Shown piece by piece: positions 57,716 through 64,000 of a DNA stretch of 64,000 bases. The DNA is taken from positions 25,941 to 89,940 of the forward strand of contig JAZSKB010000014.1 of NCBI GenBank assembly GCA_045534635.1. Reading direction: 5' to 3'. Made by a program: the position numbers and the translations under genes. Within the stretch, counting starts at the first letter, position 1; each line of letters starts with the position of its first letter. Below the pieces are notes generated by a model, which saw only the letters and a program-made list of their open reading frames with translations, was not told the origin of the DNA and made no database searches. This stretch comes from Bacteroidales bacterium. Lineage in GTDB: Bacteria > Bacteroidota > Bacteroidia > Bacteroidales > WCHB1-69.

Positions 57716-59155
57716 TTATGAATTTTTAAGAATTTTGTCAATTTCGTCGAGTTGTTCTTTGAAATTGCGGTCAGTAGTGCGTAAATTATCAACAGTACGA
57801 CAAGCATGTAAAACAGTTGCATGGTCTTTTTTGCCACATTGTTCTCCAATTTGAGCCAAAGATAGTTCTGTATATTTTTTTGCAAAAAACATAGAAACTT
57901 GACGAACTTGTACAACATCTCTTTTACGAGAAGCAGAAAACAAATCATTGACAGGTGTTTTGAAGAAATCACAAACAACTTTTTGTATATAATCTATCGA
58001 AATTTCATGAGAAGTATTGCGAACAAATTTATCAATCATTTGCTTAGCTAAATCAATAGTAATTTTACGTTGATTAAGAGTTGCTTGTGCCAAAATAGAA
58101 ATGATAGCACCTTCAATTTCACGAATATTGGTAACAATACGGCAAGAAAGATATTCTATAACTTCTTCAGGAATATCATTGATACCACTTTGATAAAGTT
58201 TATTGCGAATAATTTTAATACGTGTCTCTTTATCAGGGGCTTGCAAATCTGCTGAAAGTCCCCATTTGAAACGAGATAATAATCGTTGTTCAAAGCCGAC
58301 AATTTCCGCAGGAGATTTATCAGAGGTAATAATGATTTGTTTGTTTTTTTGGTGATAATAATTAAAAATATGGAAAAAAACTTCTTGTGTTTTGGTTTTT
58401 GAAGATAAAAATTGAATATCATCAATAATCAGCATATCTAACATTTGGTAGAAATGCACAAAATCATTGATATTATTGCCTCTTGCTGCTTCTACATATT
58501 GTTGAATAAAAGTATCAGCATCTACATACAAAACAGTTGCTTCTGGATGATTGATTTTTGTTTGTAAGCCAATAGCATGTGCAAGGTGAGTTTTGCCAAG
58601 ACCAACTCCCGAATACAAAAATAATGGATTGAAAGCTGTTTTACCTGGGTCCTTAGCAATAGCATAACCAGCAGCTCTTGCCAATTGATTGCAATTCCCT
58701 TCTATAAAGTTCTCAAAATTGTAATCTTTTTTCAATTGAGATTGAATATTCATTTTTCTCAATCCAGGTAAAACAAATGGATTCGGAAGTTCTTTTTGCT
58801 CAATATCTTCATCTATCGGAAGATTCATATTAGCATTTTGACTTTCTATTATGTTTGCTCCACCAGTAGGCAATGTCATTGATTTTTGGGTGGTAACCAT
58901 AATTTGATACTCTATTTTACCTTGTGCACCTAATATGCGATTAACTGCAGATTTTAGCACTTGCCAATAATGCCCTTCTATCCATTCGTAGAAATAGACG
59001 CTCGGAACTTTTAACGTTAAAACATTTTCTGCAAGACTTATTGGTCTAATAGGTTCAAACCATGTTTTAAAACTATCAAGAGAAATATTGTCTTTGATAA
59101 TGTCCAAACATTTGTTCCATACGATTTCAAAATCTTCGTTATTTTTTTCTAACAT
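57716..59155 (-). CDS. dnaA: chromosomal replication initiator protein DnaA
   Basis: 479 aa with Walker A GVGLGKTHL, Walker B LIIDDIQ and C-terminal domain IV (KKDHATVLHA). Confidence 0.97.
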   Translation of the reverse strand: MLEKNNEDFEIVWNKCLDIIKDNISLDSFKTWFEPIRPISLAENVLTLKVPSVYFYEWIEGHYWQVLKSAVNRILGAQGKIEYQIMVTTQKSMTLPTGGANIIESQNANMNLPIDEDIEQKELPNPFVLPGLRKMNIQSQLKKDYNFENFIEGNCNQLARAAGYAIAKDPGKTAFNPLFLYSGVGLGKTHLAHAIGLQTKINHPEATVLYVDADTFIQQYVEAARGNNINDFVHFYQMLDMLIIDDIQFLSSKTKTQEVFFHIFNYYHQKNKQIIITSDKSPAEIVGFEQRLLSRFKWGLSADLQAPDKETRIKIIRNKLYQSGINDIPEEVIEYLSCRIVTNIREIEGAIISILAQATLNQRKITIDLAKQMIDKFVRNTSHEISIDYIQKVVCDFFKTPVNDLFSASRKRDVVQVRQVSMFFAKKYTELSLAQIGEQCGKKDHATVLHACRTVDNLRTTDRNFKEQLDEIDKILKNS

Positions 59156-59267
59156 TTAGTGATATGGTACTTAATCATTAATAAAAAAATTTTTTAGTAG
59201 TAAACATATTATAAACAACTGTTTAATAAATATTTAATACAAGAATAAAATTTTGATTTTTATTTTG

Positions 59268-59275
59268 CAAAGGTA
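59268..59275 (-). promoter_or_regulatory. -7 box TACCTTTG (dnaA)
   Basis: TACCTTTGCAAAA on the minus strand, 112 nt before the ATG at 59155. Confidence 0.6.
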
Positions 59276-59376
59276 ACAAAAAAAAGTTTGCAAAAAAAAT
59301 TTTTTTTACTTGTTTTTTTATAAAAAAAATGTATAAAAGAAAAAAAATATAATAACAAAACATTATTAAATTATTG

Positions 59377-60189
59377 TTAATCAACTGATAATAAAATTTT
59401 ACCAATTTTTCTTCCTTTGGATTCTGTAGCAAACAACAAAACAGGCTTGTTATTTATATTGTTAATATATACGTTGGTATCAATGTGAGAATGTCCCGAT
59501 AAAACAATGTCAATGTTTGATGTATTTTGAATCAATTCAACATCGCAAATGTTAGCAGTTTCTTTTTTGCTTCCCAAATGCGAAAGTACAATAATCGCAT
59601 TACAATTGAAAAAATGTTTTAAACTATCTGCATATAAATTGACACAAGCAATCGGATTTTGGTATGTGATTTTTTGAATATTTTCATCAGCAACAAAATC
59701 TTCCAAATTGACACCAAGCCCAATAATTCCTATTTTTTTCTGTCCAATATTCTTTATAATATACGGCTGAATGCAATTTTGAAGACATGTATCATTTATA
59801 ATATAGTTGGCACAAACAATAGGCGTATTTGTATGTAAAATATTTTCTTTCAACTTGTTAATTCCGTTATCAAAATTATGATTTCCCAAAGTAATTGCAT
59901 CGTAAGTTAGAAATTTAGTTATCAAAAATTCCAAATTGCCATCGTAAATATTGTAATAGATACTTCCTTGAACATTGTCTCCAGCATCTAAAAGTAACAT
60001 ATTTTCACCATATTGCTGGCGATATTCTTGAACGATACTTGCAATTTTGTTTAATCCTCCTTCACCTTTTTCGTTGGCATCTATTTGACTATGAATATCT
60101 GTGGTAAAAATAAGCAATATTTCTTCTTTTTCAGAACAAGAAACAAAGAAAAGCAAACAACAATAGACAATTAAATATTTTATTTTCAT
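59377..60189 (-). CDS. metallophosphoesterase (5'-nucleotidase/UshA N-terminal domain type), lipoprotein
   Basis: 270 aa with lipobox FFVSC. Phosphoesterase motifs are FTTDIHS, DAGDNVQG, GNHNFD, LSHLG and SGHSH. Confidence 0.8.
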   Translation of the reverse strand: MKIKYLIVYCCLLFFVSCSEKEEILLIFTTDIHSQIDANEKGEGGLNKIASIVQEYRQQYGENMLLLDAGDNVQGSIYYNIYDGNLEFLITKFLTYDAITLGNHNFDNGINKLKENILHTNTPIVCANYIINDTCLQNCIQPYIIKNIGQKKIGIIGLGVNLEDFVADENIQKITYQNPIACVNLYADSLKHFFNCNAIIVLSHLGSKKETANICDVELIQNTSNIDIVLSGHSHIDTNVYINNINNKPVLLFATESKGRKIGKILLSVD

Positions 60190-60875
60190 TGTTTTAATGG
60201 ATATTTTTTTGGAAGAATATCAAATAAAATCTTATCAGAAAAAATAGAACTTTCTTCAATTACTTGTGAAGGATTAAAAAAATGAAAATTATCTTTTCCT
60301 TCTGATAAATAATTTGTAGTAAGTACTTTATACGTATTTGCTTCATCAATACCAACAAAGGAAGTATTCCACTGATTGTTCGTATCTATTAGAATACAAC
60401 GATTTAGGTCAGCAAAAGCATGATTATTCTTTTCTTGAGCAAGAAAGAGAATTAACTCTTTGACTTCTTTTCCCGAAAGAGCAAGAATTACAAATTTATT
60501 GTTAAAAGGAGAGAATGCTATCAAATCGGAATAAGTAACAATACCTTCGTTCAGTCCTGTTCTCAAACTTCCAGCGTTGAAAACTGCTATATCAAAAGAA
60601 AGACTATCTTGCAAATAATCGGCAATAAGTTCTGCATAAAACAATGCCAATTCTTTACTTTCTGGCGGATAAGATGTTGACAATTGAGCAATAGGCAATT
60701 GAGCAACTATCTGCGATGTAGCCCGATATGGTTGTATAAAACTATCGAAACAACTGTCAATGGAAATATTATTGTCAATAGTAATCAATTTGCTTTCTAT
60801 CACTTCAACAGAAACGCGATGGCAAGCAAAAATAGTTAACATCAACAAAAGTAAAATAAAACCTATTTTGTTCAA
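60186..60875 (-). CDS. 5'-nucleotidase C-terminal (substrate-binding) domain protein, lipoprotein
   Basis: The track ORF runs to 60920, across the tilS promoter. I prefer the TTG at 60875 (NKIGFILLLLMLTIFAC lipobox), 20 nt after a TACTTTTG box. It has an NAGSLR-type motif and overlaps the next gene by 4 nt. Confidence 0.7.
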   Translation of the reverse strand: MNKIGFILLLLMLTIFACHRVSVEVIESKLITIDNNISIDSCFDSFIQPYRATSQIVAQLPIAQLSTSYPPESKELALFYAELIADYLQDSLSFDIAVFNAGSLRTGLNEGIVTYSDLIAFSPFNNKFVILALSGKEVKELILFLAQEKNNHAFADLNRCILIDTNNQWNTSFVGIDEANTYKVLTTNYLSEGKDNFHFFNPSQVIEESSIFSDKILFDILPKKYPLKQ

Positions 60876-60894
60876 ATTTGTAAATTTTATTGTG

Positions 60895-60902
60895 CAAAAG
60901 TA
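60895..60902 (-). promoter_or_regulatory. -7 box TACTTTTG (split 5'-nucleotidase genes)
   Basis: TACTTTTGCACAA on the minus strand, 19 nt before the TTG at 60875. Confidence 0.6.
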
Positions 60903-60934
60903 TAAAAAAAAGAAATGCAAACATTAAAAAATGT

Positions 60935-60942
60935 TATCTTTG
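60935..60942 (+). promoter_or_regulatory. -7 box TATCTTTG (tilS)
   Basis: TATCTTTGCAGCA followed directly by the ATG at 60948, so an apparently leaderless or near-leaderless mRNA. Confidence 0.65.
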
Positions 60943-60947
60943 CAGCA

Positions 60948-62273
60948 ATGATAACAAGATTTTGTAAATTTATAGAGGAAAATCAACTTTTAGAATCCGA
61001 TAGTAAGGTGCTTTTAGCAATCAGTGGAGGTCGTGATTCTATGGTAATGCTTCATTTATTTGAGCAAGCAAAGATAGATATTGCCATTGCTCATTGTAAT
61101 TTTCATTTACGAGGAGAAGAATCAAACAGAGATGAAAAATTTGTGCTTGATTATGCAAAAAATCATAAAATTACTTGTTTTCATAAATCATTTTCTACTG
61201 AAGAATATTGTAAAGAAAAAGGATTATCTATTGAAATGGGAGCCAGAGAATTACGCTATCAATGGTTTATTCAATTATGTGAAAAATATGCTTTTTCTCG
61301 TTTGGCAACGGCTCATCATCAAGACGACCAAATAGAAACCTTTTTTTTAAATGCTATTCGTAAAACAGGAATAGCAGGATTGAAAGGAATTCAACCTCGT
61401 TCGGAAAATATTATTCGACCAATGTTGTTTTGCAATCGTGCTGAAATAACACAATATGCAAAAATACACAATATTGATTATCAAGACGATAAAACAAATT
61501 CTGACGACAAATATCTTAGAAATTATATTCGTTTGCATATTTCTCCAGCATTGGAATCATTGAAACCTGATGCGAAAAGTAATTTGCTAAATACAATATC
61601 AATTATTGGTAAACAAGAAAAATTATATCGAAATCATATAAAACAAGTTGCAAAAATGTTGATAGAGCATTATTCAGATTATGATGCAATCTCAATAGAA
61701 AAATTACAACAATTGCCAGAAAGTCAAACATATTTGTACGAAATATTGGCTTCGTATGGTGTTAATTACAGTCAAGTAAAAAATATTTTTATGGCATTAT
61801 CACACAAAGAAGAAAAAAAAATTACAACACTTTCGTATGTGATAATTAAAACAAGAAATGAAATACAAATTCATAAACAAATCGATGATAATCAACATAT
61901 TGAACAAATAATATCATTAGAAGAAAAATCATTTGCAAATTGTGGATTAACTATTGAAATACAAGACAATAACAAAGATTTTCAGTTTGATAAATCTTCT
62001 AAAGTGGCATATATAGATTTGCAAAAAATAGTTTTTCCGCTCACTTTGCGTTCGTGGAAAAAAGGAGATTATTTTTTTCCAATACATGGAAAAGGAAAAA
62101 AGAAAATAAGTGATTTTTTTACAAATTTGAAATTAAGTAGTGTAGAAAAACAAAAAATTCGTTTGCTTTTCAATGCAAATGGCGATTTATTGTGGGTGGT
62201 TGGCTATCGAAGCGATAATCGTTATTCTGTTCAAGCAAATACAAATAAAATATTGATAATTAGAGAAAAATAA
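60948..62273 (+). CDS. tilS: tRNA(Ile)-lysidine synthetase
   Basis: PP-loop LLAISGGRDS. The track start at 60915 precedes the TATCTTTG box (60935-60942), so the ATG at 60948 (MITRFCKF) is preferred. Confidence 0.9.
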   Translation: MITRFCKFIEENQLLESDSKVLLAISGGRDSMVMLHLFEQAKIDIAIAHCNFHLRGEESNRDEKFVLDYAKNHKITCFHKSFSTEEYCKEKGLSIEMGARELRYQWFIQLCEKYAFSRLATAHHQDDQIETFFLNAIRKTGIAGLKGIQPRSENIIRPMLFCNRAEITQYAKIHNIDYQDDKTNSDDKYLRNYIRLHISPALESLKPDAKSNLLNTISIIGKQEKLYRNHIKQVAKMLIEHYSDYDAISIEKLQQLPESQTYLYEILASYGVNYSQVKNIFMALSHKEEKKITTLSYVIIKTRNEIQIHKQIDDNQHIEQIISLEEKSFANCGLTIEIQDNNKDFQFDKSSKVAYIDLQKIVFPLTLRSWKKGDYFFPIHGKGKKKISDFFTNLKLSSVEKQKIRLLFNANGDLLWVVGYRSDNRYSVQANTNKILIIREK

Positions 62274-62693
62274 TTATAATTTTTCAATAATCAAATTAAA
62301 TTGTTTGTTCAAAGCAGATTTAAATTTTGATAACAAAAAATAGTAAATAGCAACAATTGCAATTGCAATAATGGCTTGCATTAATTCATTGTTGGAAAGC
62401 ATACGTGTGATTAAAAATCCTGCAAAAAATAACAACAGCGGAAAAATATAAACAAAAACAACGGCTTTCAATCCTATTTGAGTGTTGATTCCAACACGAA
62501 CAATTTCACCAATAGCAAAAGTATTACTCTTTGATGATTCTATTGTATAAACAACTTCTTTTTTGTCTGCGATAGCACAAGCTCCTTTGTTGTAACAAGA
62601 TGCACATGCAGAACTTTTTTCTATCAAAACAGTAATATTTTCACCATCGATAGAAAGAATTTTTGCTTGATGAAATACTGTATTTGAAGGCAT
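62274..62693 (-). CDS. RseC/MucC-family (SoxR-reducing system) membrane protein
   Basis: 139 aa with the cysteine cluster ACASCYNKGACA followed by two TM helices. Confidence 0.7.
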   Translation of the reverse strand: MPSNTVFHQAKILSIDGENITVLIEKSSACASCYNKGACAIADKKEVVYTIESSKSNTFAIGEIVRVGINTQIGLKAVVFVYIFPLLLFFAGFLITRMLSNNELMQAIIAIAIVAIYYFLLSKFKSALNKQFNLIIEKL

Positions 62694-62695
62694 TA

Positions 62696-63217
62696 CTATT
62701 GAATTAACCTATCTAATTGTTGACGAAGTTGTTCTTCGGATTGTGCTCCCAAAAGTGTCATTGTAGTTTTAGAATTGCAAAAAATAAATGTTGGCATTCC
62801 TTGAATATTCCATCTGATACACAAATCTTTAAGTTTATCAACATCAACTTTATAGAAAAATATTTTTCCTGCATATTCTTTTGCAAGTTGTTGATATAAA
62901 GGGTCCATCATTTTACAAGGTTGACACCAAGTCGCATAAAAATCTATAACACAAGGTAATGAACCTTTATATTGCCAATTGCGAATATCGTTATCTGCTG
63001 CAATTAAATCTATAAATTGTTTTTCATTTTGAATATAAATAGGCGTATCAACAATAGTCGCTATGGTCAAATTTTCCTCTTGAGAAGTTACAACCGTTTG
63101 TTCTTCTTCGGTAATTGTGGTATTATTTACAATCTTTTCTTCTGTGTTAGATTGATTGTTGCAAGAAATAAGAAAAACAGAACTTGCAAGTAATAGTGAA
63201 AACAAAAATCGTTGCAT
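62696..63217 (-). CDS. thioredoxin-family lipoprotein
   Basis: 173 aa with a signal peptide and lipobox (FLISC) and the active site WCQPCK. Confidence 0.85.
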   Translation of the reverse strand: MQRFLFSLLLASSVFLISCNNQSNTEEKIVNNTTITEEEQTVVTSQEENLTIATIVDTPIYIQNEKQFIDLIAADNDIRNWQYKGSLPCVIDFYATWCQPCKMMDPLYQQLAKEYAGKIFFYKVDVDKLKDLCIRWNIQGMPTFIFCNSKTTMTLLGAQSEEQLRQQLDRLIQ

Positions 63218-63246
63218 ATAGTTTAAATTTTAAAATTAGTAATTTG

Positions 63247-63254
63247 CAAAGATA
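63247..63254 (-). promoter_or_regulatory. -7 box TATCTTTG (thioredoxin-rseC)
   Basis: TATCTTTGCAAAT on the minus strand, 29 nt before the ATG at 63217. Confidence 0.65.
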
Positions 63255-63297
63255 ACATTTTTTTATAACTTTTCAAATTGATTTTATAATTTTTTTG

Positions 63298-63305
63298 TAC
63301 TTTTG
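63298..63305 (+). promoter_or_regulatory. -7 box TACTTTTG (pepD)
   Basis: TACTTTTGCAAAA, 20 nt before the ATG at 63326. Confidence 0.7.
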
Positions 63306-63325
63306 CAAAATAAAAAAATATAAAT

Positions 63326-64000
63326 ATGGAACAAGATATTTTAGCATTAAAACCGACAAATGTATGGAAATATTTTCATGAAATTTGTCAACACCCACAT
63401 CCTTCTAAAAAGGAAAAAAGGATTGCTGCTTATTTAGTAGAAACGGGAAATAAATTAGGTTTGGAAACATTGCAAGACAAAGCAGGTAACGTTTTGATTC
63501 GCAAACCAGCAACTGCTGGAAAAGAAAATATTACTCCTGTCGTTTTTCAGTCTCACATGGATATGGTATGCGAAAAAAACGCAGATGTTGACTTTGATTT
63601 TGAAAAAGATGCTATCCAACCATATATTGATGGACAATGGGTAAAAGCCAAAGGAACTACACTTGGTGCAGACGATGGTATTGGTATGGCTATTGCTTTG
63701 GCATTGCTCGAAGACAAAACATTAGAACATGGTCCTATCGAATGTTTGTTTACCGTTGACGAAGAAACAGGACTTACAGGAGCTTTCGCTTTAGAACCTA
63801 ATTGGTTAAAAGGAAAAATGTTGCTTAATTTGGACTCTGAAGATGAAGGTCAATTTTTTATTGGCTGTGCTGGTGGCAAAGACACTATTATTAAAATAGA
63901 ATATCAAAAAGAAGAAGCCAGTCAATATATGCTTCCTTACAAAGTATCGGTAAAAGGACTAAAAGGAGGTCATAGTGGTGATGATATTAATAAAAATTTG
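63326..64000 (+). CDS. pepD: aminoacyl-histidine dipeptidase (M20C, PepD), 3'-truncated by the window
   Basis: Not in the ORF track because there is no stop in the window. The ATG at 63326, 21 nt after TACTTTTG, translates MEQDILALKPTNVWKYFHEICQHPHPSKKEKRIA...HMDMV...GADDGIGMA...FTVDEETGLTGA, which is PepD-typical. Confidence 0.85.
   Translation, partial: MEQDILALKPTNVWKYFHEICQHPHPSKKEKRIAAYLVETGNKLGLETLQDKAGNVLIRKPATAGKENITPVVFQSHMDMVCEKNADVDFDFEKDAIQPYIDGQWVKAKGTTLGADDGIGMAIALALLEDKTLEHGPIECLFTVDEETGLTGAFALEPNWLKGKMLLNLDSEDEGQFFIGCAGGKDTIIKIEYQKEEASQYMLPYKVSVKGLKGGHSGDDINKNL

Noticed and set aside
1-64000. Integrase, transposase, IS elements, prophage, rRNA or tRNA genes
   Set aside because: None of the ORF-track proteins shows recombinase or transposase motifs (no R..H..R..Y tyrosine-recombinase pattern and no DDE-type product). 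No spacer has tRNA- or rRNA-like composition, so the accessory regions cannot be assigned to a recognisable mobile element.

Overview
This is an AT-rich chromosomal segment (roughly 30% GC by eye, not computed) from a Bacteroidota bacterium. Nearly every gene is preceded by the Bacteroidota -7 promoter box TAnnTTTG, usually as TAnnTTTGCAAA. Shine-Dalgarno sequences are essentially absent, and four proteins end in T9SS C-terminal sorting domains. I support 39 protein-coding genes, mostly housekeeping: lspA, lptB, mutA, mutL, argS, era, recO, cca, tex, serA, serC, uvrB, dnaA, tilS, pepD and others. I recognised no rRNA, tRNA, CRISPR, transposase or integrase. Three parts are not ordinary. (1) 46.7-50.3 kb is an almost gene-free region holding a tandem array of eight ~100-150-bp units, with a ninth copy 2 kb away. 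Each unit is a conserved ~40-nt box, a variable small hairpin, and a GC hairpin followed by a U-tract on the minus strand, with compensatory stem changes between copies. This is my best candidate for an undescribed system, either multicopy small-RNA genes or a terminator/box array. The same region holds a second family of 33-bp tandem repeats (3, 2 and 4 copies) and segmental duplications bracketing a lone DUF4143-type AAA ATPase gene. (2) A 13.7-kb gene encodes a 4565-aa, 16-module leucine-rich-repeat T9SS protein with a long, partly GC-rich leader. (3) A 3.8-kb accessory island (21.76-25.60 kb) is bounded by a duplicated promoter segment. It carries an HExxH metallopeptidase-like gene, an HEPN (RRNLFVH) gene and a GC-rich PDDEXK/YhcG nuclease gene that is itself flanked by 41-bp direct repeats exactly 1200 bp apart. 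All functional calls come from motif recognition in the supplied translations; no database search was possible.
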